Assembly (NCBI GenBank): GCA_030141605.1
Contig: JAQGDQ010001226.1
Coordinates: forward strand, 1-53,855
Reading direction: 5' to 3'
DNA from: Tubiluchus corallicola
Taxonomy: Eukaryota; Animalia; Priapulida
DNA length: 53,855 nucleotides
In this document: in pieces, positions 27,562-40,839 of the stretch
Layout: the number at the start of each line of letters is the position of its first letter
Numbering within the stretch: the first letter of the stretch is position 1
Program-made: the position numbers and the translations under genes
The notes under the pieces: model-generated
What the model was told of the DNA's origin: nothing
The model's input: the letters and a program-made list of their open reading frames with translations, nothing else
Database searches by the model: none

Positions 27562-27563
27562 TC
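27272..27563. repeat. two (CT)n tracts (27272-27340 and 27446-27563)
   Basis: Direct observation. Confidence 0.93.
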
Positions 27564-27835
27564 GCACTGTCTCTCATATCTCTGTTTCCTTTCTCAAGGG
27601 CGTAGCTACATAACGAACATTAGAACAAAATAAGTTTTGTTAGTAATTTAAGATCAGGATGAGTAAAATTTGAGTCCACCTTGTCATGGTTACTCTCCGC
27701 CATTACAATTAACCAATCACAATGGTTGGTTGTTTTTGGTCTCAGTGACCATTGACATATATCGGAAGCGTTTAGTACTTACACGCCGACCGAAACGGCC
27801 AAAGTCAAGCATTCTGCAGTGCCAACAGTACTAGC

Positions 27836-28178
27836 CTGTGTCAAGGCTATTTAACTTTTCTTATGATACGAGCGCAAGATATATTTCTACTAGACTTAAT
27901 ATTATTTATTTTGATGTGATTCACAGAAAATGTGCATACACTTTATACGTCAGGCTGAATAAGAGTGAAAATTTTATATGCAAGAACATTTTAAACAGTG
28001 ATGCAAACTTTACTTCTGTAATTAGATGTCATTGGCGTAGTTTGTTATATAGTTAATTGTTATTTGTGTTATTGTTGTGTTTCATGATTTATTGTATTAT
28101 TTGTATTAATTTGTGATGTGTTTATGAACTTTGCGAAGTTTGAAATAAAATATTAAATCTAAATCTAAATCTAAAATC
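27836..28178 (+). mobile_element. short 3' fragment of a second RTE-X-like LINE
   Basis: Peptide SRLFNFSYDTSARYIS..FDVIHRK..NSDANFTSVIRCHWRSLLY aligns with the end of ORF 2161-2769 (SKFLGKPFDFSARQL..FDFIRR..NSDIRYTSSIRAKWRSILH). Followed by GAAATAAAA and an (AAATCT)n tail. Confidence 0.85.
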
Positions 28179-28362
28179 AAGCTTGAATTGTTTGATTTCA
28201 GTTTGTTTTAACGACGTAACAGAAAACAATGTAACAAAGCATGGAGATAATTTAGAGCAAAACAAGATTAAAACATGACATGACGTGTAAACATGTTAGA
28301 ACATGAATTCGTGATTTGAATGTTGGAAGCGATGTGTGATAACGTAAATAAAACGAGAAATG

Positions 28363-28490
28363 TGAAACACATTGCTGGCTATTGAAACACATTGCTGGCT
28401 ATTGAAACACATTGCTGGCTATTGAAACACATTGCTGGCTATTGAAACACATTGCTGGCTATTGAAACACATTGCTGACTATTGAAACAC
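28363..28490. repeat. 20-bp minisatellite, ~6.4 copies (TGAAACACATTGCTGGCTAT)
   Basis: Period 20. Confidence 0.97.
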
Positions 28491-28847
28491 TTTGTATACA
28501 TATTGCGCAATCATTCGTCTTTAAGTTCGGATCGGTATCAATGTCATGTGACCTGAAACATTAAATACACATTTGAAGGTTTGGATAAGCTATAGAAAAG
28601 AGATAAATAAGAATAGAAGAGCAGAGCTGTCCGATACGATATGTTTTTCGTCTTTAATCATTGTATGACGGAAGGAAAACGAAAGAATGAGTTTTTATCA
28701 GTTCTCTAATGCGTGGCTTTTTGCCAAGTTAAAGTTGACAGCTGCAAAATTTTTTTGAAAGGTGCAGAAAAATAAACTGCAAATGTAAGAAAATAAGGAA
28801 TATAACTTTGCTCCACTTTGCTCCCTTTCTTCTTTCCTGGTCACCCT

Positions 28848-28849
<2 letters not shown>

Positions 28850-28896
<47 letters not shown>

Positions 28897-28981
28897 TCCC
28901 TCTCTTTCTCTCTCTCCCTCCCCTCTCTCTCTTTCTCCATCTCTCTCTCTCTCTCTCGCTCCCTCTCTCCTCCCTCTCCCT

Positions 28982-29048
<67 letters not shown>

Positions 29049-29193
29049 CCTCCCTCTCTCTCTCCCTCTCCCTCTCTCTCTCTCTCTCTCGCTCTCTCTC
29101 TCTCTCTATCTCTATCTCTCTCTCCCTCCCTCCCTCCCTCCCTCTCTCCCTCCTTCTCCCCCTCTCTCTCCCTCTCCCCCCTCTCTCTCTCTC
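28850..29193. repeat. imperfect (CT)n tract
   Basis: Direct observation. Confidence 0.95.
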
Positions 29194-31364
29194 ACACACT
29201 GTCTCTCATATTTCTGTTTCCTTTCTCAAGGGCGTAGCTAGCTCACAGGCAGACGATCTATCTATCTCAACTAGAAGACAAATCACTGAATCACGTGCTT
29301 ATAGATCAGAATCTAGTGGCCAGCCAGTAATCATCATTGATGCTAAAACGTGAGCTGACTGCAAGCTTCAGTTTAAACGTGAACTACTTAAGACAACATT
29401 ACGGGCTTTATGAAAAACAAAACTGTTTACTTAAATACATACATAACTGCATAAAATCAAATACGTAAATCAGGCACCCTGGCACATGTAAAAAAAACTT
29501 GCTTTAAAGTATCAGAATCAGAATCAGTGAAACCTATGGAGCACCGATGTCCATCTTCGTTTACGAATCGCTTTTTTGTGCATGGTGCCACAAGTAAAAT
29601 ACTGAAAGCTTTAACATTTAATTCGCAGCAAGACTTTCTAGACATTTCTCTAAATAATTGAACGTCGTTAATTATAGCGGCTGCATCGTTGTTGACACTA
29701 TTCTTCTTCAACTGCCTGGCTAGGCTGTCTGGATTTAACGTGAGTAAAGTGTTTTAGAAAATCATTTTACGAAGTAAATATTGACACTAGGAGCCGCTGC
29801 TGTAATTAGTGCATAATTACAGATTGAACTCAGTTATGAAAGCAGTTTTACGCTTGATGACAGAAACTAATTATATAGACAGAAACTATGATAGAAAATG
29901 ATATAAAAGTGGCGCAAAAAATGTCGAAATTTTGCTTATGACATCATAAAATGAAAATAACGGAATTACTAGAACATTAACGCGCTGATCAGTGCGAAGG
30001 CATTACTCTATAAACGTCCATAGTTTTCTAGAAGTTTCTTTCAACAACTAATACAATTTCTCGTTTGCCTTGCATCAATAACTCCTATAGGATTCTTTAT
30101 GTCAATTCCACGTACGTAGTCCAAACGACTAAGTTCCATGTTTACTGATAACGAATTTTTATCAGTGCTTTATTTGTTCTGGTGAAGACTATGATTTGAT
30201 TTCTTTATTGTTTTGCTTGCATGTATTAAGTGTTTTATACATCCACGTGGCTGGTTTTTTAATTGGCGATTAGCTGACATTGTTCTGGCTCTTAAATTTG
30301 CGTTTCGGTAGGGAGTCCCGAGACTTAATAACCACTAACGCTATAAACTTGTAACTTTCACAGCCAAAAGCTAACGTATTGTAATATCATGCTGTGACAT
30401 TTCAACCTTGTATTGTAATACTTGTAATAGCATTGTAGTCTAAACTTCGGCACATTTTTTCTAAATTTTTATATAGTTATTACGAATTGTTTTACTATTA
30501 CAATTTAATTTAATAGTTAAACATTTCAGGAATTTTATCAGTGATGAGAATGTGTTTAACGAGCTAAATTCCAGAAAGAATATTGCAACACTTAAAACAT
30601 GGTCATCAGATACAGTAAAATTACATTGGTAAAACACATGCAAAGCTGTAGTTAAAAAATAGAAAATTTAGTATTACAAGCAAAATAATATGTTGGCTAT
30701 AAGATTCATTATTAGACGAGCAAAATAATATTTTGCCTATTTTGACTGACGTTTTCCACTATTGCCTCGTATTGTAAACGATTCCGTACGCGTTAAATAG
30801 CATGTTTATTAACTTGTACACTCATAATGTATAGAAAGTGTTTGCGAACGCTATCGATTAATTGCGTCAGAACTCAGGATTCACGTAGAGGGAGTGATTG
30901 ATGTCCTCAGAAAGGACCTGGACAAACATCCTGCCGGCCGCGCTGGTCAGAAGCCTGTGCGGATGCCTTGGTTACCAACTCCGGTCAGCGGCTACAGTTG
31001 ATGCGGTCAGCAGCTGGAACAACAATTATGGTTGCTTCTGCTGGACATCATTTGACTAACTCTTTGGCTTCACAATAATTAAAGCAAATTGATGTTTCGC
31101 AAAGAAAAAAGCTAAGAAAATAAAACTTCCTGGAGACTTACTTTGTGTGCTTATTTATTCGTTTGAACCATCTTTTGCAATATCAGGCCATTCAAACAGA
31201 CGTAAGCATTATTGCGCATTGCCTTGTGTAACAAAAGCTTTAAATGACAAGCAAGACAAGGCTGAGCTTAGCTGATTAACTACGCCTGGAGTTTGATCGA
31301 GTTTCCCGTTACGCCAGGCCAATAGGGCGCGTGTTAATCAGCCACCGTCCGTTGAGTATATGTA

Positions 31365-31776
<412 letters not shown>

Positions 31777-32694
31777 ATATGTACATTGAACATGCAGAAG
31801 TTTAACAAATTAGTCTGACTTCAAAAGTGAGTGTACTGGATAATACAGCAAATGTTGTTTTTAGAGCAGCGACTTGCCAGCATAGTACATTACCAGTTGA
31901 TGAACAGCTTATGAAACAAGTTGATATCGTTAACTACAAAGAGTAGCTTACTTTTGAATGGCCAACGCGTTGTATGCTATTCGTAGGGCCAGTATCATGC
32001 TGATTTATCATGAAAGCCAACGAGTTCTGGAGGTAAATGCATAAGTGTTTTCAGCTGAACCTGTTTTTTTATGCAGGTATGTGTAATCACGACTCTAAAA
32101 TGACGCAAACTAGAAAATTGCAGTGGCTGATTCCATCAACGCGCAAGCGCAGAACGCCATCGTAATTTGGCTTTCGCGGTCTGCTACGCGTAAAATCAAA
32201 TTAGCGAAAAGTTTCGATGGCGCGAAAGTAATTCCGATTCTGATGTGTTTCCAACGGGCAGGCGCAAGTCGACGTTGGCTATAAACGTGAAATACCGGAA
32301 ATCTTTGCCCTTTCCGGGTATATATATATTCTATTAGATTAATAAAGAAGTTAATGAGAAGTACAGCACATTGTGAATGTAGTAAGTCTTCACATGAGCA
32401 AAACGCTCTTCAATCCACAACGGTCAGATGCAGCAGCGACGCAATAAAGAGAAATCTTGTCTGCTCAAATACTGATTGTCCGACAATTCAGTGCTCAAAC
32501 GTATCGCATGTTAGAAACATAACAGAGTTGGAACAGCATCAGTGACTGGGCAGTCGACTAACGAGCCATAAAAGTCCTGCGTCAGTATGACGTTTTGATT
32601 GTGTCGCTTGCGAAAATACTGACGTTGAAAGTGGAGTAAGACAATGAAAAGAGAGAGTGAAAGAACGGATCGCAATAGGGACTGTAAAAGATAG

Positions 32695-32698
<4 letters not shown>

Positions 32699-32743
<45 letters not shown>

Positions 32744-33158
32744 GGATAGCAAGAAGTAGAAAGAGATAGAAGGAGAGACAATGGGTTAGCGAGAGGGAGA
32801 AAGAGAGAGAGGGGGCTAGTGAGAGGGAGAAAGAGAGAGAAGGGGTAACGAGAAGGAGAAAGAGATAGGAGAGAGAGAATGGGTTAGCGAGAGGGAGAAA
32901 GAGCGAAGGGGCTAGCGAGAGGAAGAAAGAGAGAGGAGAGACAATGGGTTAGCGAGAGGGAGAAAGAGAGAGGGGGGGCTAGTGAGAGGGAGAAAGAGAG
33001 AGAAGGAGAGAGAATGTGTTAGCGAGAGTGAAAAAGAGAGAGAAGGGGTAACGAGAAGGAGAAAGAGATAGGAGAGAGAGAATGGGTTAGCGAGAGAGAG
33101 AAAGAGAGAAGGGGCTAGCGAGAGGAAGAAAGAGAGAGAAGGAGAGAGAGGAGGAGGG
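32699..33158. repeat. (GA)n plus a compound purine-rich repeat (GGGTTAGCGAGAGGGAGAAAGAGAG variants)
   Basis: Recurrent ~27-35-bp motifs with block duplication. Confidence 0.9.
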
Positions 33159-33751
33159 AAATCTATCAGCTAATTATAATATGATAATAATAAGAGTGTT
33201 ATATGGAATCTTCTAGCTATCAAGTGATGCAGAGCACTCATCAATTATAAAAACTACCTAATCATTGCTGACGATATTGATAGGTTAGTGTGTAGGCGGT
33301 ATGAGAAGTTTTGCAACCAGCCATTCCCATGGTGAACAATCGCTTTTTCACTTTAATGGCATTTACAACTGGATCAATTCGTTTAGTTACTCAACCTTTG
33401 CCTTAAGGCAATAAACAATGCAGTTACTTGCACCATAAAGAGACGCCTTTAACTTGATTGAATTCTGACATTTTGTGTCGTAAACGCAGTTTAGCATAAA
33501 CATCAGGAGAAAATCATATTATACGTTTGTGCGAATAGCTGCTCGACAAGCTATCCTTTTGTACGGTACCGCTGTCGTTGCACAATCGTCATAGTAAACA
33601 ATCATTAGTGCCAAAAGCATCACAAATAAACATAAAATAAACATAAACATAATATAATATAACGTAATATAAACATAAAATAACTTTATAATTACCAAGT
33701 CGTCTAATTTAATTTCATACACATGTCCTACAATTCAGACATGGGAAACCA

Positions 33752-34105
33752 TTTTTAGTTTAAACATAATTTATTTAGGATTGGATCAGACAGTTTCTAC
33801 AACATGATTTAAGATCCTCACCACAATAGACTTTATACACTATTTACAAGAACATTTACAGTAAGAATTGACCATACTTAACTTTTAGTATACTAAAGTT
33901 TTACTTACAGTGATACATTAGACATTAGTAAAAAATGACGGTTAGTAAATATTAATGTACGATTATTTAAGAATGATGCATTTTATATCAGATAGAAACT
34001 ACTGGAAGCGTTTAGTACATAATATAAAGTCATGTATACATTGGAATATTTTACAGTTGGTAACATAGTTAAATTCATCTTTACCGAATAATAACAAGTT
34101 CAACC
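33752..34105 (-). mobile_element. 3' fragment of a CR1-like LINE
   Basis: The minus strand encodes LNLLLFGKDEFNYVTNCKIFQCIHDFILCTKRFQ* (stop at 33999-34001), the recalled LL.G...N..IF..V..FI..T.RF CR1 ORF2 terminus. The UTR ends GGTGAGGATC...GATCCAATCC.AAATAAATTATGTTTAAAC. Confidence 0.75.
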
Positions 34106-35382
34106 ATTTTTAGGGTTTTGAGCGATTAAATCTAAATAATTATTATAAATATAAAGAAATTTTAAGCTTTTAATCTTTAATTAATTGTTCAAAATTCGTC
34201 TTACACAAATGAAAGATTCGAGTCGTTTTGGATTGCAGAGTTTACAGCACAACTGGGAGGTTTTTCTGCAAACAGAAGAAGCCTGTCGCTAAGTAAATTT
34301 TTTATTACTACAAATTTCTAGCATATCGCAATATTAACGTGTTTTAGTGACAAATGTGGCGGCGCTGCTCTCGAAATTTGATTCCATGACTATACATGGT
34401 TATGCAGAGAGGCTGTGATCATCGTTCAGGTTGTTGGATCAAGAATAGATTTGGAAAAATGTTATTTGTCGCTTAGCAACGTACAGGTTCCGAAATCTAT
34501 TTCATTTTCTTTCTGATGGCATGGATGAGATAAGATTTTCTTCAGGGAAGCTAATGAAGTGGGCAGATTAGGTTCAGTCTGGAAAAAGTCAAAAAATAAA
34601 TAAAAATGGGATTCTCATGTGGTGTTTTAAAAGATTTTACAGGTAACTACGCCAAAATAAGATAATTACATTTTAAAAATACTGCATTAAGTCCCGTCAA
34701 ATTTATAGCATGTTAGCTAGAAGCAAACTTTGCGAGGTTTTTCAGTGCAGCGTATTTACAGAAGATAAATTTTTGCTGCCATCTGGCGTTGAATTCCTGA
34801 ATCTCAGCACCGTGCGAGACATTAAAGTAAAGATCGTGTCGATGTAAAGTTCACCACTCACTTATTCTATCTTTATGTTGACACAAAAATAAAAGCATAT
34901 GTCAATCCGTGAATGCGTGCATATGCCTTCCAATTGGCCTGCGTATTATTTTAAAATTGAAACACTTTCGTGGCGATGTCATGTATAACGAACAAGAGTG
35001 ACAAATAAATAAGTAAATATATAAAGAACTAATAAACAAACAACTGAACGAAAAACACATAGCGAATTACAAAATAAGAATATTAATAAAATTATTTTGA
35101 TTGAGTTTTGTAATATTAGGTTATATGTCAAAGTGTTAGGCGTAATTGGACTGTACAATAGCAGGCCACTTGCTACCAGCTGCCGTCTGTTTGATTAAAA
35201 CGCTTATTAAGAAACCGCAGTGCTAATGCAATAGAAAACGCAGTAATGAGGACCACAGAGATTTTCACAATAACTGATTGCACGAATAGAGTATTTTCAC
35301 TTTCCTCATTGGCTAACAGTGACTTTCTTATTTCACAGCTTGCTGAACCGCCAGGAATTTCGGGATCCCAAAAGACTGGTCA

Positions 35383-35462
35383 TGGTGCTGCTGTTGGTGT
35401 TGCTGCTGCTGCTGTTGTTGTTTTGTGTTTGTTGCTGCTGCTGCTGCTGCTGGTGGTGGTGC

Positions 35463-35496
<34 letters not shown>

Positions 35497-35752
35497 GCCG
35501 CTGCTGCTGCTGCTGCTGCAGCTGTTGATGTTGTTGTTGTTTTTACTGCTGGTGCTGTTGTTGTTGTTGCTGCTGCTGCTGCTGTTGTTGTTGTTGCTGC
35601 TGCTGTTGCTGCAGCTGTTGTTGTTGTTGTTACTGCTGCTGCTGCTGCTGCTTGTGGTGCTGTTGTTATTGTTCTGCCGCTGCTGCTGCTGTTGTTGTTG
35701 TTGTTGTTGTTGTTGTTGCTGTTCCTGTTTCTGTTGTTTCTGTTGTTGCTGT
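35383..35752. repeat. (GCT/GTT)n trinucleotide tract
   Basis: Direct observation. Confidence 0.95.
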
Positions 35753-36117
35753 TTTATTATAGGCCACAGTTTTCATCGTAGGAGACTGTAATATTGCATG
35801 AAGATTCTACGGATCAAGTTGAAGACAGTATCGGAGCCCGGCTTTTGCTTTCTCAATACGATCCACAAATGTTCCTGTTAAATGGGTCAGACTCATAGAT
35901 CTGCCCCTATACTTTGTTTCATTGTTTGTGTTTCTTTTATTCGAATGTATGAATGGATCTGCCCCACAATGCGTACTGTATTTTTGCATGAAAAAAACGG
36001 AATAATGGCAACAGTAAACGTTTCGCATGATTTTCTTCAGTTGCTCTCAATTGCGTTGCGTCGCAAGCTCGACCGCAAACCTGTCTTTATGGAAACCATT
36101 AACTTGCAAGAAACCAG

Positions 36118-37173
36118 CAAGTACGACATCCTAGATCCAAGTGCTTTCATTCTAGTTTAGATCTACAAGTATGACATGCTAGATCCAAGTGCTTTCATTC
36201 TAGTTTAGATCTACAAGTATGTCATGCTAGATCCAAGTGCTCTCATTCTAGTTTAGATCTACAAGTATGTCATGCTAGGTCCAAGTGCTTTCATTCTAGT
36301 TTAGATCTACAAGTATGACATGCTAGATCCAAGTGCTTTCATTCTAGTTTAGATCTACAAGTATGACATGCTAGATCCAAGTGCTTTCATTCTAGTTTAG
36401 ATCTACAAGTATGTCACGCTAGATCCAAGTGCTTTCATTCTAGTTTAGATCTACAAGTATGACATGCTAGATCCAAGTGCTTTCATTCTAGTTTAGATCT
36501 ACAAGTATGACATGATAGATCCAAGTGCTCTCATTCTAGTTTAGATCTACAAGTATGTCATCCTAGATCCAAGTGCTTTCATTCTAGTTTAGATCTACAA
36601 GTATGTCATGCTAGATCCAAGTGCTCTCATTCTAGTTTAGATCTACAAGTATGTCATCCTAGATCCAAGTGCTTTCATTCTAGTTTAGATCTACAAGTAT
36701 GTCATGCTAGGTCCAAGTGCTTTCATTCTAGTTTAGATCCACAAGTATGACATGCTAGATCCAAGTGCTTTCATTCTAGTTTAGATCTACAAGTATGTCA
36801 TGCTAGGTCCAAGTGCTTTCATTCTAGTTTAGATCTACAAGTATGACATGCTAGATCCAAGTGCTTTCATTCTAGTTTAGATCTACAAGTATGACATGCT
36901 AGATCCAAGTGCTTTCATTCTAGTTTAGATCTACAAGTATGACATGCTAGATCCAACTGCTTTCATTCTAGTTTAGATCTACAAGTATGTCATGCTAGAT
37001 CCAACTGCTTTCATTCTAGTTTAGATCTACAAGTATGTCGTGCTAGATCCAACTGCTTTCATTCTAGTTTAGATCTACAAGTATGAGATCCTAGATCCAA
37101 GTGCTTTCATTCTAGTTTAGATCTACAAGTATGACATGCTAGATCCAAGTGCTTTCATTCTAGTTTAGATCTA
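36118..37173. repeat. 48-bp minisatellite, 22 copies
   Basis: Unit CAAGTATGACATGCTAGATCCAAGTGCTTTCATTCTAGTTTAGATCTA. Confidence 0.98.
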
Positions 37174-37916
37174 GTTTTATAAAATTTTATTTTGCACAAA
37201 AGTTTCGTAATCACTTTCGTACGCCACATGAAATTTTCTCCCTCGTAATTTTAGCCTAAATCACGTTGCTACAGGTATGGGCTACCTAGGGCTCATAACG
37301 GAAATACTTAGGACACGTTATTTGTTCTAGCATGTGTGTATTAATGCTGATGTTAAGACTCACTTATTTTATGCACATGTAAACTCACTAATAGAACGTT
37401 TTCCATGTGTTCCGTCAATGTCACCTTACATCCTTTTAAGAACTATTATTGTAATTTTTATTGCATTTCATTACGGACGAAATTTGATAACATTTTTTAA
37501 TAAAATTATTGTATACAAGAATGAAATCAGAAAGTTGTTTAAGTTACTTTACGATTTCAATGCTTCTGCTATGTGCGTTCATTTATATTTAATAAATATA
37601 ATATTTAATATTTAATAATATAATAAAAAATAATAATCACTAAATTATTCTCGATCCGCTGTCTCTTCCTCTCACTCTTGTCTCTTTCTCTCGCTTCTTG
37701 TCGATAGGTCACAAAAACGATACAGTATACGATTGTTTTTAGTTATGACACTATCGCCCTCACTGGTTTCACTTTTCAGACGTGGCGCCAACTTCAACGT
37801 AAGAAGCCCTTGTCACATTGAACAACGGCGAGGATTAAAATTTAAGATAAATTTTATAAATATTATGTTTGTGTGTCTACAGTATGCTGTCTACAGTTCT
37901 GCAATCGTAGCACGTA

Positions 37917-38236
37917 CTTATGCAGTCACATTCACATCATGTAAGTCTTGGTTGCAACTACAGCAGAGCTTTCATTAGATGGGATACCATTCCACTTCGA
38001 TACAGTCGCATGGAGTTGCAGTTCTTATGCAGTCACATTCACATCATGTAAGTCTTGGTTGCAACTACAGCAGAGCTTTCATTAGATGGGATACCATTCC
38101 ACTTCGATACAGTCGCATGGAGTTGCAGTTCTTATGCAGTCACATTCACATCATGTAAGTCTTGGTTGCAACTACAGCAAACCTTTCGCTAGTTGGGATA
38201 CCATTCCACTTCGATACAGTCGCGTGGAGTTGCAGT
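37917..38236. repeat. 107-bp tandem triplication
   Basis: CTTATGCAGTCACATTC... recurs at 37917, 38024 and 38131; the third copy is more diverged. Confidence 0.96.
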
Positions 38237-38929
38237 GGACCTTGGTCACTAAATCGGCTACTACAGGCTTTGGTTGTTGAGGTGTATGACGAGACAATAT
38301 CTGTGTTGATAGATCTAAAGAAAGTATCTTCGTATATTCTTGAAAAGTTTTATTTTGAAGGAAAACCACGTACTTTCCCGCTCTATAACTACCGATGGTT
38401 AAAGATTTGCGCTTTGTTTTTTACAAAAGTAATTGGGAAATAGGTGCCAGCCAAAGTTGCAAACTTAGAAAGAAGAAGAAACATAGCAGGTAAATCAGAA
38501 ATCGAATAATTTCACCAGCAAATTCAAAACAAATTCGTGTTTTATACTTTTTTTTAAATATGGTATTGCTGTGTCATAAAGTTAGCGTTTTTATAGGATT
38601 GTTATTGGCAGGCAAACTTAAACGAGCAGTGAATTCAATTTGCAGTCATTTTGTGTCACTAAGAAAGCTATACTAAGATACCTGAAAAAATTTCGTCTTT
38701 TCGTTTTTCATTGGTACGTTTATAAATGTCATCATCATAGTTTTTTAAATGCAAAAAGATTGTTTTTGTTTACAGTAAACAAAGCAAATTGCACACTGCG
38801 TCAAATACCAGCAATGAAAGACTTTCGTTGTTTTACTTCGTTTATAGAAACGTGAACTACATATATCGAGCGTCTATAGATATATATAGCATCTCATATA
38901 TGAGCTTCATTCATTACATCATTCCATTT

Positions 38930-39197
38930 TAAGCCCTAAATGTTTTGTTTATCATACGATTCACTTTGAATTTTCAGATTATTTCCATTACTTTTATTTC
39001 TTTCACTGTGTGTGACAATCTAACAAGCCCTGCTTTTTGATTGCCCGCAACACATTTACAGTCGTATATAGGTGAACAGTGTTTGAGGCTTTTCCTGTGC
39101 AGTATTTCTTATTTGTATTACGTTCATTGTAGGCCCTTTCACTAGATATTGTACATGAAACTATTGTAAATGTGTAATGTGAAATAAATGACTTCTG
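38930..39197 (+). mobile_element. possible L2/Crack-like LINE 3' UTR remnant
   Basis: Stem TGTGACAATC/GATTGCCCGCA around ACAAGCCCTGCTT, with a downstream GAAATAAA. Confidence 0.4.
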
Positions 39198-39374
39198 ATT
39201 TATAAGTGTCGACCGGCTTGACTAAAATTTAGTTCAGTTTTATTTCGAGTTTTAGTTCAATTAGTGTTCGAACGACCTGACTGACAGTAAATTTCCATGT
39301 TTTATAGAAAATGCTGCTGTACTAGCCTTGGATACTGATCACAAAAACATCTATTTTCATGACACATATAAAGC

Positions 39375-40496
39375 ATGCAAGTCATACAATGGAAGATCCG
39401 ACATGTCTGTTTTGCTGGAATCGTATTAATCTTACCATTGTACTTCTTTACTCTCGGAAATTTGCTTAAAAATGCCAACAACGAATTAAACAGTGTCAAT
39501 AAAAAGCTGTCAAGCTCAGCCGAACCAGACGTAGAGGCGCTGGTGATGTCCCCATTTTCAACTACACAAAAGCTTTCGGATGCACAAGAAGATCCATTCC
39601 AATTGGAAGTAATTGTATTAACCTACAACAGACCTTTGTCTCTACAGAGGTTACTGCAGTCTTTGACTGCTGCAGTGTATGATGGAGACAACGTTCGATT
39701 GAAAATCTGTGTTGATAGATCTAAGAAAAAGCGTCGAGGTGTATCGAAAGAAACTGTCTCAGTTGCCAATTCGTTCGTCTGGCGTTATGGGAACAAAGAC
39801 GTGGTTGTCCACAAGCAACACTGGGGATTGCACAACCAGTGGTTTAACTGTTGGATACCAACAGAAGTACCTGGAGAGTATGGTCTCATTCTAGAGGATG
39901 ATCACGTAGTTTCCCGTTATTACTATCGATGGTTAAAAGCTGCTCTTCTGTTTTACAAGATTCATCCGCAAGTGGGCGCTGTAACACTAACGAAATCCAT
40001 AAACGTGGGAAGAAATGACGGACGCCGTAGGCAGGGCAGAAATCCGCTGTGTCCTCAATGCAAGGATAATGTTTTCTTGAATCCTCTTATTGGACCATGG
40101 GGGCTGGCTCCCATGCCACATGTTTGGTCAAAGCTTCGGCCGTGGGCACTTGAGAGGTTTCCAACCACTTCATTTATCCCAAACATTCCGGGCGAGAAAA
40201 ATCTGCTAATTAATTACTGGAATAGCAAACCTCGTCTCCGCTTGACGATTACACAAGAGACATTTGCGGCATATTATTTCAATCAAAATCACCTCTTTTG
40301 TCTTTACAATAACATTTGTGGTGTTAATGAGACGCTTCTTTGTCACATGTTCGAGCCAGGCGTGCACACACGCAGCTCTGATCCAAGAGTTGGCAAGTGT
40401 AGGTCTACACTACTCGATTCCTGGAACGATACCTACCTAAATTTTCCAAAGAATCTGCAGAGGATCAACTGGGATGCTGAGATAGTCACTGATTAA
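39375..40496 (+). CDS. type II membrane GT-A-fold (GT2-like) glycosyltransferase, 373 aa, single coding exon
   Basis: Uninterrupted complex ORF. Short cytoplasmic tail, a TM helix (VCFAGIVLILPLYFFTL) and a stem, then VIVLTYNRPLSLQRLLQSL, LKICVD, F.W.YG.K, GL..QW..CW.P and the DxD-like GLILEDD..VS.YYY.WL. Candidate splice acceptor TTTTATAG at 39300-39307. Confidence 0.9.
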   Translation: MQVIQWKIRHVCFAGIVLILPLYFFTLGNLLKNANNELNSVNKKLSSSAEPDVEALVMSPFSTTQKLSDAQEDPFQLEVIVLTYNRPLSLQRLLQSLTAAVYDGDNVRLKICVDRSKKKRRGVSKETVSVANSFVWRYGNKDVVVHKQHWGLHNQWFNCWIPTEVPGEYGLILEDDHVVSRYYYRWLKAALLFYKIHPQVGAVTLTKSINVGRNDGRRRQGRNPLCPQCKDNVFLNPLIGPWGLAPMPHVWSKLRPWALERFPTTSFIPNIPGEKNLLINYWNSKPRLRLTITQETFAAYYFNQNHLFCLYNNICGVNETLLCHMFEPGVHTRSSDPRVGKCRSTLLDSWNDTYLNFPKNLQRINWDAEIVTD

Positions 40497-40839
40497 GACT
40501 TCAATTGATTGTAAATGGGATGCTGAGATAGTCACTGATTAAGACTTCAATTGATTGTAAATGGGATGCTGAGATAGTCACTGATTAAGACTTCAATTGA
40601 TTGTAAATGGGGTGCTGAGATAGTCACTGATTAAGACTTCAATTGATTGTAAATGGGATGCTGAGATAGTCACTGATTAAGACTTCAATTGACTGTAAAT
40701 GGGATGCTGAGATAGTCACTGATTAAGACTTCAATTGATTGTAAATGGGATGCTGAGATAGTCACTGATTAAGACTTTAATTGATTGTAAATGGGATGCT
40801 GAGATAGTCACTGATTAAGACTTTAATTGATTGTAAATG
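40470..40839. repeat. 46-bp minisatellite, 8 copies, whose first copy encodes the CDS C-terminus and stop
   Basis: Unit TGGGATGCTGAGATAGTCACTGATTAAGACTTCAATTGATTGTAAA equals WDAEIVTD* plus 19 nt of UTR. Confidence 0.98.

Noticed and set aside
32130-32320. CpG-rich patch with inverted CGCCATCG/CGATGGCG and E2F/ETS-like sites
   Set aside because: A promoter cannot be distinguished from a transposon remnant here; no TIR/TSD or linked exon was found.
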